This document shows, one piece after another, positions 24,653 to 36,011 of a stretch of 64,000 bases of DNA (position 1 is its first letter; each line of letters opens with the position of its first letter). Where the stretch lies: positions 128,001 to 192,000 of the IMG/VR virus record IMGVR_UViG_651703002_000001; one strand, 5' to 3'. The notes under the pieces are model-generated. The model searched no databases and was not told where the DNA came from. It worked only from the letters and a program-made list of their open reading frames with translations. The position numbers were made by a program, and so were the translations under genes. The DNA is from a virus (taxonomy: Duplodnaviria; Caudoviricetes).

Positions 24653-25117
24653 CTAGATTTCCAAATTTATTTGTTCTGATTGATAATAATCTTCGTATCC
24701 AATTTCAGTATGTATCCGAATACATGGACCATCAGCCCCATTTTCCATAGTTACATCAGTCACAAAACAACCATCCCACATAGTTTTACCAATAAGATAA
24801 TCGCATAGAATACTTTTTGCGGTTATTGGTGTATCATCAACAATCCAATACCAGTCTGTTGGTGCGATATTTCTATCATACCCAGCAAGCGCAGGATCAT
24901 CATTTTTGTGAATGGGATCTAATGTAATGGTTTTATCATAATGTTCTTGATTAACACCCACATAATCTCTTATATGTGAAATTGTAGCGTACAAATCACC
25001 CCATGCACAAATTCTCATACCAATTTCTAAATCTTTACCTAGAACAATTTTAGTTTTCATTTCCATGCTCCTGTACATATTGGATAGTGTCCCATAAGGT
25101 AGCTTTAACGATATCAC
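24653..25117 (-). CDS. Hypothetical protein, paralog of 22242-22628
   Basis: See paralog; true start is probably an internal Met. Confidence 0.7.
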   Translation of the reverse strand: MISLKLPYGTLSNMYRSMEMKTKIVLGKDLEIGMRICAWGDLYATISHIRDYVGVNQEHYDKTITLDPIHKNDDPALAGYDRNIAPTDWYWIVDDTPITAKSILCDYLIGKTMWDGCFVTDVTMENGADGPCIRIHTEIGYEDYYQSEQINLEI

Positions 25118-26033
25118 ACTTGGTTATATATTTCAGAGAATTGATATTATTTACTTTCAATACTCGGGCATTTCCTGTCGGAGTATATTTCCATGCATTT
25201 AGAGATAAAAAGGAATCAACGAATTCCTCATTATCACCGCATTCGATTTTCATCAACCGTTCCATTTAAAAATCGAGTCCTTCTACTTTATTGTCTATAT
25301 TAAAAACATATACATCTCGGTATGGATGATCGTCACCAACAAAAAGAATGAATCCATCTTTCTCTTTATTATATGTTCCGTATATTTCGAAAGAATAAAC
25401 CCCATTATCATTTTCTGGGTCTTCCCATAAAATTGTGCGATCTCCATAAGAGGTACACCACTTAGCGTCAGGGAAAAATCGAATATTCCAATGGATATCA
25501 ACACCAAAAAACTTTTCAAATACGTTTATTTCATTGGTGATTTTATCAAAACTTTGCTTTAACATTTGAATTTCCTCAACCGTTCCATTTAAGATATTTT
25601 CCTTCTTTCAGAAGATCTTTAGCGATACCGACAGTCTCGCTCATAACATCTTCCAAACATCCTTTTAAATATCCTTTCCAACCATCTTGTCCTACAGTAC
25701 CACAACAAATCTCAACATGCCATGAATTTGTTTCATTAAATTTGGAAATTGATATATTGTGGTTATCTGGATGATATGGTTTGAAAATACCGTTTATATA
25801 ATATAGATTTTTATCTCCATCACGAATCCATTCCGGATCATTACAAAGATATTCCATGGTTTCTATTGACGCGATATGACAAGATATCTCAAATGCTTCC
25901 TGATCGCCCCAACTGTCCATAGCAGCCTCTATATCAGATTCTATAATATGTTCTATCTTGTCTGCAAGAGCTGGCGAGATATCATTGATAAGACGGATCA
26001 GCTCATCACGTTTCATATTGTTATACAGATACA

Positions 26034-26491
26034 TTATTCTATCCTATATTTGAAACCAAACATTGCTACAGTCGGGATCACATCAATAACGATATCAAAA
26101 TTTGGTATCGGTGTATGAAAAGAAACTCAGCAGCAACAATAGGAATTATACCAGAGTTTCCCAACTCAAAGCTAGTTCCACTGTAAACATTATTTTCTCC
26201 AAAATGGGTCCCCTTCTTATATCCAGAAGCAAGCCCAAATCTATAACCAAGATCTACATATTCAGACTCATATAAATTATCAGAATAAGAAAGTTGTATT
26301 GACTTCGATTCTATTGAATTGGATTGAACGTAGATAACTGACATATTATCTACTTGTATGCCAATTGATGGATGAGTTTCATTCTGATTACCAGACTTGA
26401 AATGTTTACTAAATCCACCACCAATTAGGTATACATCGTTTGCAAATATTGCAGTTGATATAAGAGCGGTTGCCAATATCATATATTTCAT
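26034..26491 (-). CDS. PagP-like outer-membrane beta-barrel (apparent frameshift near 26123)
   Basis: Signal peptide; SKHF, NETHP, SNS, GLASGY, IIPIV motifs. One frame change gives ...VIPTVAMFGFKYRIE* with TAATG coupling to the next gene. Confidence 0.65.
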
Positions 26492-26835
26492 TTTATTTCC
26501 TTTTAAGTGTAACAACGCTCTTATTTAAATTAACTCTCTTGAACAACGGCCTTCAAAACGAAAGTTGATGGAACTTGAGCATCTTCAGGGGCGTTAACAA
26601 AATCGAAATCAGTCCAATCGATTGTCTTTTCGATAACCATTTCAGAAAATCCACCGGCCTTACTAAGGTCTTTCCGGATCTCCATCAATGTATTAATATC
26701 TTGATTGAACACACATACCATGTTCCGGCCTTCACACTTACCATCTACGTTATAGATGACTTGTACACGGTCAATGATATGACCACGGGAAGCGAACAGG
26801 TTTTTGAACTTGATAGCGATATCTTTCATGGGTAA

Positions 26836-26887
26836 CTCCTTTTGTTTCGACAAAGAGAGTATCCCACAAACTGGGATACTCTGTCAA
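26836..26887 (-). promoter_or_regulatory. Palindromic promoter + leader + SD cassette
   Basis: 50/52 identical to 56167-56218. Confidence 0.88.
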
Positions 26888-28910
26888 ACTTTTTATTCGG
26901 AAACCACGAAATACTTCAGATCGAACCATTGGTAAAAATATGGTTCGTTTGTGCTTGAATTCAAAGTGTCATCACTCCAATCGTCAGTGTCTGGGTTAAA
27001 TTCCAGAATATCATCATCAACAAACTCATACATACCTGAGCATGGGATAAATCCACTGCTCGAAATTCCAGTAGCAACAAACTTACCCTTTGGCATTTCT
27101 TTTACTTCAACTAGTTTCATATTAAGCCCTTTCTGTTTCAAAACAACGATTATTTGGTTTATCTTCACTCAAAGATCCAAACTTAATGATCCACGCCACA
27201 CCTTTATATTTTACCGCGAAAGTGTGGAAATAATAATTAAATTCAGTTCCACTTTCAACCATTTCTCTTGAAGAAACTGAATGGTAGATTAGATCAATAA
27301 TCTCATACTTTATAGCGGATTCAAATTGCTCTGCATGTTGGAATGGAAACACATCTACATCTGTTCCTATTGCACTCATATATTCATGAGTGTACATCCA
27401 CTTCAATCCATCACAAACGTGGTTGTCATGATCCTCAATGTACATAAATTGTTTAATTGGTAGCCCATAATCATCAAACATTTCATCACAATCGTAATCA
27501 AAATATTTGGTTACTACCTTTGAAAGGTCTAGTTCTTCACCTTCTGGGATTCCTACACAAACAACGCCACTATACATCTCATCATCAACAAAATCAAAAG
27601 ATGAACTTCTTGCCCACCAATTAATTTCCAATCCCGGTAACGGTAGGGGATCAACCCCTACCTCATATACATTAATTGTTTTCAATATAATCACCAATGA
27701 TTGATTTTAGGTTTTTCTTTGCGGTCTTAAGTTTGTGTTCAATCCCATCTAATACCAGTTCAGCATCAAATCGTTCTTTGTCTAGCTGTTTAATCTTCTT
27801 CATCAGTTCAACAACCTGACCCTCATCAGTTCCCATATCCGAGGAAACGACTGGAACAACCGCACGGGTTTCTGGCTTTTTGGAACGTGGTTTTACTGGC
27901 TTAGGTTCAATATCTTGATTACGAAGGATTTCATAGTTAAGACCACTGACACTATAGACGATACCCAACTTACGAAGGAATGGATTTAATCCGGTTTTTG
28001 GACGAATTACAATGATAAACGGTCCATGATTTTTAATATCAGACCAAATGTTGGTATATAAAAATCCATTTTCTTTCATAAATCGATAGATACGAATACC
28101 AATACCGCTTCCATGTCTGTCTAGATATTTTATGTGTTCTGTATCATATGAAGTGTTAAAACAAGAAACAAACTCGCTGAAGTTATTTCCTTGCAGCAAC
28201 CAACGTTTAATAACACGGCGATCTTGAACTTTACGGCGAGAGTGTTTAGCAGTAGATCGAATTGTTGCTTTTCCTGAACTCATATTATTCCCCTTTTTTC
28301 CAGTCTTGAACAGCTTGATTGAATGCCAGATCGTTGTAACCGGTTTGGTTCCATTCATCTCTAATGTAATCGACAGTCAATTCAGTTTCAAGACATTTAA
28401 CTGAAGCAACTACAAAATCCCGTTCGGAATAGGTTTCTGGGCTCTCATACAGAACACCATTCAAAAGAACCACAATATCATATGGTTCTGGTACATTGAG
28501 ATTGGTAGCCCACAAACGAGGATGGAGTTTGAAACTATTTTCAAACTCCACGTTTCCGTAATAATCGATGGAAAGTGTACCGGATTCGTCTTTGAAAATA
28601 TCAGGATTACCACGTTCAAATTCGTAGTGTTCCAACTCACGAATCGGATTCAGAAGACCGGTAATGATCGAGATATTTTGTGTTTCCATGAATTCGTTAT
28701 AGATATATTTGATATTTTTCATAATTTCCTCTTACAAAATAAAGTAAAGAACAACACCAACAATAACAGCACAAATCCAATTCTCTTTGTACTTCTCGAT
28801 TTTGAACATAGTACGGCGAAGGGCGAAAGAAAAGTGAGTCATAATTATTTCCTTTTTGATGTGTCGTTTCAATATGGATATATTACCAGAACTACGGACC
28901 AACGCAAGTA

Positions 28911-29231
28911 TTATTTCTTGGAACGAAGGAACTCACGCATTTCTTTAGCAGAGAAAACATAAGTCACTTTACCATCCTCATAAGTTTTCTTGGTGATGGT
29001 AAAAGTACCGGTCTGGCCTTTCTTAGCATTGTAATACCAGTTATGTTTACCAACGTTGCGGTTGTTCAACTCGATACCAGATTCGGTTTTGATACTAATA
29101 CGCTGATCATCTTTAAAAGTTTTGACGAACTTGGTCACGGTGGCAGTTTCAACGAAAGATTCGGTGTTAACAACTTTGTTACAACCAACCAGAGCGAACA
29201 GAGCGAAGACAACAACCAGCAGCTTTTTCAT
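28911..29231 (-). CDS. Lipoprotein, paralog of 30889-31209
   Basis: MKKLLVVVFALFALVGC lipobox; VTKF.K..K.QRI...T.SGI shared with the paralog. Confidence 0.8.
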   Translation of the reverse strand: MKKLLVVVFALFALVGCNKVVNTESFVETATVTKFVKTFKDDQRISIKTESGIELNNRNVGKHNWYYNAKKGQTGTFTITKKTYEDGKVTYVFSAKEMREFLRSKK

Positions 29232-29265
29232 TTCGTTTTCCGTGTTTCGTTTCGATGTAGGTATA

Positions 29266-29299
29266 ATAGCAAAGGGCTTATCCGAAGACAAGCCCTTTT
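29266..29299 (-). promoter_or_regulatory. Terminator hairpin containing a -35 box
   Basis: AAAGGGCTTGTC-TTCG-GATAAGCCCTTT; TTGTCT-17-TATTAT; related copy at 37688-37721. Confidence 0.75.
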
Positions 29300-29313
29300 A
29301 AAACTATTTTCAA

Positions 29314-30169
29314 TCAATCGTGAAGTTTCGGACGCTGGATTACAGTCTGGTTAGTACCTTTATACTCTTCATGAGCTTTGATACTGAATGACATTACACC
29401 AGTCTCTCCTTTATGGGGAATGGAGTTCAAAGAGCTACCCATATATTTGAAACTGCGACCTTCTGAGTCAACCATCACCGCGATGTAAACAGCGTAATCG
29501 TTATAGAACTGAGGAGCCTTCACACACATTACAAATGTGGTAGTCAATTCCATTTTCTTCACACGGTCACCAACAGCACCGAAGAATTCATTCTTTGCAT
29601 TCATCTTGAACTGGTGATCCGCAATTCCATTCTCAATAGCGGTCTTTTGAGCCTCAGACATAGAGCAGTAATGGCAGCAAGATTCTACAATCTCTTCAAT
29701 CCACTCATAACCAGTAGCCAGACCAGCATCAAACAATTCTTTGTGAGTGTCAAAGTAAGCTTCTCGCTTGGCATCCCATTCAATCTGTGCGGCCTTCTGA
29801 GCAACTTCTTTATCAGTCAACCCACCATTACGTTCCCGCTCTGCTTCGTTGCGCTTACGAGTTTCTAGGGCCTTCTGTGCGTTATTAAAAGCCTTACGTT
29901 CGGCCTTGACAGCATCAATCAATTTAGTGTCATTGGTATAGTTCACACACTCACAACCAACAACAAATTTCTGACCATTTGCATCATGGATCATGTAGTT
30001 GTAAATGATACCAGTACCACAAACATGACAAGAGCCAGCACCATAACCTTGAGGAAGCGCAGCATAATCTTGCATAGTAGCAGTATCCTTGTTTGGCATT
30101 TTGAACATACCAACACAACGGAAAGGAGCCTTTACCATGACCTTGAGATTCCCACTTGTTCATTTCCAT
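29314..30169 (-). CDS. Zn-finger plus putative OB-fold protein (N-terminal frameshift near 30131)
   Basis: CHVCGTGI...VGCECV; C-terminal G.VGDR...IKAHEEYKG..QTVIQRPK; the GAGGA SD precedes ATG 30169. Confidence 0.7.
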
Positions 30170-30208
30170 GATTCATTCCTCAAAAGTTATGTCCCAATCG
30201 ACAAAACA

Positions 30209-30238
30209 AGTATCCCACATATGAGATACCCCAGTCAA
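30209..30238 (-). promoter_or_regulatory. Palindromic promoter (degenerate)
   Basis: TTGACT GGGGTATCTCATATGTGG GATACT. Confidence 0.75.
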
Positions 30239-30241
30239 CAA

Positions 30242-30490
30242 TTATTTTTCAACTATATCGAAGAACTGACTTTCGGTTTCTACACATATATAGAAATAAA
30301 TTGTGCTTGGATCCCAACAAGCGTCAAGACCGATATCAATGTTCCACCAAGTTTTTCCATCATCACATGTGTCTATGTAATCAACGTCAAATGTTCCATC
30401 AAAGTTGATTACATCCATCAATTTTTTATTTGTTGGATCCATTGCCAAGAACTGATCTTTATGTTCATCCGATTTAAATTTAATTATCAT
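30242..30490 (-). CDS. 'KxRFKS' family paralog
   Basis: MIIKFKSDEHKDQF...N..L...FFDIVEK. Confidence 0.75.
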   Translation of the reverse strand: MIIKFKSDEHKDQFLAMDPTNKKLMDVINFDGTFDVDYIDTCDDGKTWWNIDIGLDACWDPSTIYFYICVETESQFFDIVEK

Positions 30491-30888
30491 AAAACCTCTT
30501 AAGATATAAACACCTAAATCCAAAAATCTTTCTTTTCTACCACTTCATGGGTTTCAACAACAAGATAAGTTTTCATCATAGCATTGATGAGTTTCACAGT
30601 AGCATCCCGAGACAAATCAGCCTTTCGGATATTGTAAAGCTTCCAGTAGATAAGATAACTATAAACTTTATTATACCGTTGATGACTACCAAGACGATAC
30701 ATAGTACAAGTATCAAAAGCAACCCAAGGTTTGAACTCAATACCAAACCCATGAGTCTTTAACCACTTCTTAATAGAATCCTGCTCTTTAAAGAATCGAT
30801 TTTCTGTATAGACAACAAACACGATCCAACAGATAAGACCAACAACAAACAGACAAATCAAAGTTGAAACTATAATCTGGGTCATAAT

Positions 30889-31209
30889 TTATTTCCTCAA
30901 GAAATCTTTAGTTTGACTACGGTCAATATTATAAGTCACATCACCATCATCCCAAACAGCTTTAGTAACATTCACATTAAACTTATCACCAACCTGAGCA
31001 GCACATCCACTACATCGTTTAGCTACATACTGGTCAATAACAATACCATCAGAAGTACGAACTACAATCCTTTGATGTTTATAACGCTTCTCAAAGGAAG
31101 TAACAACGACATTATCACTATAAGTATTTTCACTAATAACTTTAGGAAAATTAGGAAAACACCCAGACAACAATACCACACTAACAAGAGAAATACACCA
31201 TAGCTTCAT
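30889..31209 (-). CDS. Lipoprotein, paralog of 28911-29231
   Basis: LLSGC lipobox. Confidence 0.8.
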   Translation of the reverse strand: MKLWCISLVSVVLLSGCFPNFPKVISENTYSDNVVVTSFEKRYKHQRIVVRTSDGIVIDQYVAKRCSGCAAQVGDKFNVNVTKAVWDDGDVTYNIDRSQTKDFLRK

Positions 31210-31874
31210 ACAATATTCCTCGCTTGATAAGCGTCATAAGTATCTAGCCAATTGTAATGATCTAGACCATAACCATCAGCAACCAGAACAACACCCTCAA
31301 GAGGTTTCCAGTAATTGGCATCAGTAATAAGTTCCTCAACCATATTCCAATTCTCACTATGGATATAAGTCATCAGAGCTTGATGATAAAGCATATTAGT
31401 ATGGCTAGGAGTAGTTCGACTACGTTCTTCAGCAGCACCAATAAAAGCTTCCGGATTCTCTTTGATATATTGCAAAATAGTTTTCATAATTTAATCTCCG
31501 AATACATTATCAAAATCAGGATGACCCCAACCTTGTACATCTTCTTTATTGATATTAACCAACCCAATGATATCTGTACAGCACTTTTTGATATATTCTT
31601 TATCATTAGTCCAAAACTCAACCATCACCCAAGTTGAAGTAGAGGCCGGATCCCAACCTTGAAGAAACATCTTATCACTAACATAGTTACGAACTTTCCA
31701 CATATCATCATGAGAAAGACCCATAATCTGGATATTGATATTCTTATCGCTCATCTCAAACTTATCATATAGAGCAGCAACAGTAACACCATTCTTAGCA
31801 TCACGAAAGTTATAAAGCTTTCTCATATCTATCTCCTTAAGTCAGTAAAGATATGGTACACCAACGATAAAAAT

Positions 31875-31928
31875 GAATCAAACATTTTCTTTCTAGAATC
31901 AAACATTCGGTTTATGAAATAAAACATT
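31875..31928. repeat. Three phased 12-bp direct repeats (21-bp period)
   Basis: GAATCAAACATT at 31875 and 31896, AAATAAAACATT at 31917. Confidence 0.7.
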
Positions 31929-32282
31929 TTGATTTATACAAAATTAGTTGCCGTTTAAAAATATGTGGATAAATGTTAAAAGAAACCCAGTAATAGCGCG
32001 GGATAGAGGGATAAACACACATTGCACTATAATGGTGCAAAACTATGAAAAACCCCTCGTTACACCGAATGATGTTTTAACAATTTGGCATAAAGTCGAA
32101 ATCACCATGGAAACGGTCATGATAGACGTAAACCGCTCCCGAAATGTCTCTATAGATATCCATTCCAGTAGTAGACGAAATATCAACATTTTCCAATGAT
32201 AAGATTGGGTCGATAAGATTTGTCTTTGGATTCGCATAACCTTTATCAACGAAAGCGAAATAAATTGTTCTGATATCCATTC

Positions 32283-32519
32283 TTATTCTCCATCAATGAT
32301 AATGTATTGGCGCTCGTCCATCAAGAATACACCAGCATAAAGAAACCGAGGATTAAACTCTATACCATAACCATTCTCGTCTACTAGTTCTATCCATCCA
32401 TTGGAATGATTCACAGCTTCATGAACACCAAGGCCCATGTATTCAGCGATAGCCGCATTAGCTACTGATAGAGAAGCAAAAGCGATCCTATCATCTTCTG
32501 ATTTGAATTTAATCTTCAT
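32283..32519 (-). CDS. 'KxRFKS' family paralog
   Basis: MKIKFKSE...ANAAIAEYMGLG.HEA...YIIIDGE. Confidence 0.8.
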   Translation of the reverse strand: MKIKFKSEDDRIAFASLSVANAAIAEYMGLGVHEAVNHSNGWIELVDENGYGIEFNPRFLYAGVFLMDERQYIIIDGE

Positions 32520-33508
32520 ATCAATAATCCAGAATATCAAAAATGTCATTCTTTTTAGGAAGGGACTTTACATAGTCTGACCAGCGTTTGGCGGCCTTGT
32601 AGGTGTAGAAGGTTCGGTTATTTGAATTGCGATGACTACCACCAATCCCTGCATCGGTCAGGCTGAAATCATCAATGTAGCTATCTGAAGTAAACAATCC
32701 ACCAAATTTACTACTGAAGTATTTCCGACAGTTTACCCACATAGTACCATTGAGAACAGAAGCTTTTTTCTTGTATACGAATCGTTTGGCAGTGATTGCA
32801 AGTTTACTAATGATACCAGATGGACCACTCACACGATATACGGTCTGACCAGCACGAAGGGATTTAAGAGTTACAGTACCTTTAGCCATGATAATTCTCC
32901 TTTGGGTTTGTCTCAATCAACAAAGCTATTATTTCATAGCTGGTTCATTTGGTCAATAGTTATTTTAAGGAATATTGATTTTCACAACATCATAATGGTC
33001 TGGGTCAATCTCAGTATAAAAATCAACATGAGTTCCATTCAATGAGTCTTGAACATCTAGTATAGCCTTTTCTGCATATACACAACCAAGATCATTCCCG
33101 TCATCATCAATCAGATAAACGTCTTCTCCACGAAATTCAATCACTGCCAAACGATTGGTATATTTATTTTTTAAAACATAGAGGTCCATAATATTCCTTA
33201 GTAGTTGGTTCTACAACTTTTTCGCTTTCTTAAAATCGGCCTTGAATTCATCCACCATTTCCACGGGGATCATGTAACCACAACTGATACCCTCATCATA
33301 CACAGGACACAGGTCACAGTAGTCTTTCCATGTGATATTACGACCATCACCACGGACACCAATGACTATGGAATTCAGAGCGGTTTCAACAGCAACCAAA
33401 GCATCTTCACTATTATCGCGAATGGAAAAGCTCCACTGTCCACGATATTCACCGCCGAGGTTAATGCTTTCACGTTGAAGTTTCATTCTGTTTTCCTTCT
33501 CAGTTGGT

Positions 33509-33544
33509 ATACATCCATATTACCAGACTGGATTATTGAGTCAA
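33509..33544 (-). repeat. 36-bp promoter repeat, copy 1
   Basis: ATACATCCATATTACCAGACTGGATTATTGAGTCAA identical to 33959-33994; TTGACT-16-TAATAT. Confidence 0.9.
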
Positions 33545-33958
33545 CTAAATTTTGATAATTCTACCCATCATCTCTACGGTTTCTACTTCGATGCGGTCGA
33601 AAACCAAAATAGTGTTTATATTGGATGACACATCAATTTCTTCTACCTGTTTCATCCAGCAAGGGAAATCTTCTGAGCCATAATAAAATATAGCTCTCTT
33701 GCCAGACACCAATCGACCCTTCGAATTCTTCCTTTGAGTTGAAAAGTTGATAACCCATCAATTTCATAATAGCAATGGTTTTCATTTATACCTCTACAAT
33801 TTCAATAGTACATTCTTCACCATAAAAGGCTTCATTACAGATCCGCTTTGCAAAACTAGTTGCACCCTTAAGAGTCTTGCGAACTTCATACGAGATAGAA
33901 CCAGTCTGACCAGTAACAGTTATTTTGTAATCTTTCATGGTGTGTCCCTCTTGTTTCG

Positions 33959-33994
33959 ATACATCCATATTACCAGACTGGATTATTGAGTCAA
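33959..33994 (-). repeat. 36-bp promoter repeat, copy 2
   Basis: Exact copy, 450 bp from copy 1. Confidence 0.9.
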
Positions 33995-33995
33995 G

Positions 33996-34343
33996 TCAAA
34001 CAGACGGTATATTTTTACGATGAGTTTCCAGAGCTTCAATTAGTTCCCGCTCTTTCTTTTTCCATTCCATCATAAGATCTGTATTCATAGGATCTGTATG
34101 GAGAGGTTCAGCCGGATTCAAGTAGTCTTTAACCATCATATCGGTGTAGAAGCACCAACATTCCGGATGGTTATCGATATTATATTCAGTACCACTATCC
34201 ATCATAATGGAGACTATACCACCATAACAAACATTATCTCCATCAAGTTTGGTTACAGTGAAGGAAGCACCCACTACCATTTCTGGGAATACTTTCGGAA
34301 AATCTTCAAAATCTCTCTTGATGGTAAAACGTTGATTCAGCAT
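33996..34343 (-). CDS. Hypothetical protein sharing its N-terminal domain with 34717-35196
   Basis: MLN.R..I...FP.MVVG..FTVTK...GT.YNID...WCFYT..M. Confidence 0.8.
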   Translation of the reverse strand: MLNQRFTIKRDFEDFPKVFPEMVVGASFTVTKLDGDNVCYGGIVSIMMDSGTEYNIDNHPECWCFYTDMMVKDYLNPAEPLHTDPMNTDLMMEWKKKERELIEALETHRKNIPSV

Positions 34344-34716
34344 AAAAACTCCTTAACCGTTTCGATATAGGTATCTTACCAAAGGGCCGATCATATAGCA
34401 AGCTTTAGATAACAATAGAATCGAAAATTTTACTCTTTTCCTTATCCTTAATATCGCGTTTCCGCTTTGCAAAAGCTCGGCATATAGAATCAACTTCCTG
34501 TCGAGTAAACACACCTTCCTCATAATATCCAGAGTCCTCATAATATCCATCGTGTACCAATACAAGATAATCCTGTGGGTGATCCCGACCACCAAGCCGA
34601 TATTTAAGATGGAGAGTCCCAGCGATAGTAGTACACCCATGAGGGTCGCCAGTATAATTACCATCTTCAATATTGGTACAAATGCGTTTCAATTTCAGTT
34701 CACGTTCAGACATATA

Positions 34717-35196
34717 TTACTCCACGATTTCAAGATATTTGTGTTCGCGCTTAAAAAACACAATTCGATTACCCACAACAAAAAGATTATTAAGTGCAAT
34801 CAATCCGCTTGGATATTGAGTAGCTTCGTGAAACCTATCACCCATTAGATCCGAAACCCATTGGTTTGGAAGATAATCACTAATGTATTCTTCTCTATGT
34901 TTGGGACTTTTAAATCGTACTTTCATACTTGGTGCATTAATTTCCAACAGACGACATGTGATCATATTCTCAGTATAGAAGCACCAGAACTCTAATTGGA
35001 TATCGATATTATAAATTGTACCACACCCCATGGTGATTTCTGTCATACCAGCAGTCATACCCGAATATGTACCAGACCCATCTGTTAGATGGCTTATTTT
35101 GGTAACTGTGAAAGTATTCCCAACAACCATAAGCGGGAAATGTTTTACCAAGGCAGGAGCGCAAGACTCGATAATCTTATAACGTTTATTCAACAT
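34717..35196 (-). CDS. Chimeric protein: MVVG domain + 'KxRFKS' domain
   Basis: N-half resembles 33996-34343; C-half is MKVRFKSP...YLEIVE. Confidence 0.8.
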   Translation of the reverse strand: MLNKRYKIIESCAPALVKHFPLMVVGNTFTVTKISHLTDGSGTYSGMTAGMTEITMGCGTIYNIDIQLEFWCFYTENMITCRLLEINAPSMKVRFKSPKHREEYISDYLPNQWVSDLMGDRFHEATQYPSGLIALNNLFVVGNRIVFFKREHKYLEIVE

Positions 35197-35199
35197 ATA

Positions 35200-35457
35200 T
35201 TACTCCACGATTTCAAGATATTGGATTTCTTCATCAAAGAAGTATGCACGAATTCCCCATCCGAATTCCCCACAAGGTTTACCTTTATTATCCAGAGATA
35301 TTGAAGACGTATCATCATTTACCAGTTCTATCATATCGCTATGGTATTGGATAGCTGTATGAGCTTCCATACCCATATACTCAGCAATGGCCTGATTTGC
35401 ATTACTACCAGAGGCAAACACAAACTTATGTTCAGGGCTTTTAAATCTTACTTTCAT
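35200..35457 (-). CDS. 'KxRFKS' family paralog
   Basis: MKVRFKSPEH...ANQAIAEYMGM...YLEIVE. Confidence 0.85.
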   Translation of the reverse strand: MKVRFKSPEHKFVFASGSNANQAIAEYMGMEAHTAIQYHSDMIELVNDDTSSISLDNKGKPCGEFGWGIRAYFFDEEIQYLEIVE

Positions 35458-35460
35458 AAG

Positions 35461-35709
35461 TTATTCTCCTTCAATAACAAAGTAACTACGCTCATGCATA
35501 TAAATGGCTGCATTCCAACCATCATAAAGATCCTGATATGGATAAGGGATAATGATACCTTTACCATCTTTGATCAGTTCGATGATACCATCATTATGGT
35601 TAATAGCCTCATGAGTTCCCATACCCATATACTCAGCAATGGCCTGATTTGCATAACACGTATCAGCGAATTCTTGGCGGGCCTTTTCTGACTTGAAACG
35701 AATCTTCAT
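35461..35709 (-). CDS. 'KxRFKS' family paralog
   Basis: MKIRFKSE...ANQAIAEYMGM...YFVIEGE. Confidence 0.85.
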   Translation of the reverse strand: MKIRFKSEKARQEFADTCYANQAIAEYMGMGTHEAINHNDGIIELIKDGKGIIIPYPYQDLYDGWNAAIYMHERSYFVIEGE

Positions 35710-35718
35710 AATATCCCC

Positions 35719-35937
35719 TTAGTGGACCAGAGTTTTGGTTTTCTTGGTGATGATAGTAACGGCCTTATGACCATTGTTGCGAACACCACGGCCCACAGAC
35801 AGGGTTTTGTTGCCAGTGGAAACTACGTCAACACTGCGAGCCCAACGCTTAGGAGCAGTAGAGCCATTGTTGGTCATCTTACCGAAACCAGCAACGCGAG
35901 CAGCAGAACGAGTGGCGAAGAAGATTTGAGCAGTCAT
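35719..35937 (-). CDS. Small basic protein, paralog of 13018-13245
   Basis: See paralog; both are preceded by TTGAAAAAGGAAAT. Confidence 0.85.
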   Translation of the reverse strand: MTAQIFFATRSAARVAGFGKMTNNGSTAPKRWARSVDVVSTGNKTLSVGRGVRNNGHKAVTIITKKTKTLVH

Positions 35938-35962
35938 AGTAATTTCCTTTTTCAATAAGAGG

Positions 35963-36011
35963 GGGTTTCTGTCTACGGGATTAGTATCTCAATTAGCGTC
36001 TTGTATGTCAA
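35963..36011 (-). promoter_or_regulatory. Promoter cassette; 30-bp repeat copy 2
   Basis: TTGACA-17-GATACT plus the shared 30-mer. Confidence 0.85.

Noticed and set aside
34710-35654. Diversity-generating retroelement TR/VR pair
   Set aside because: Repeats are exact blocks without adenine-specific variation, and no reverse transcriptase is in the window
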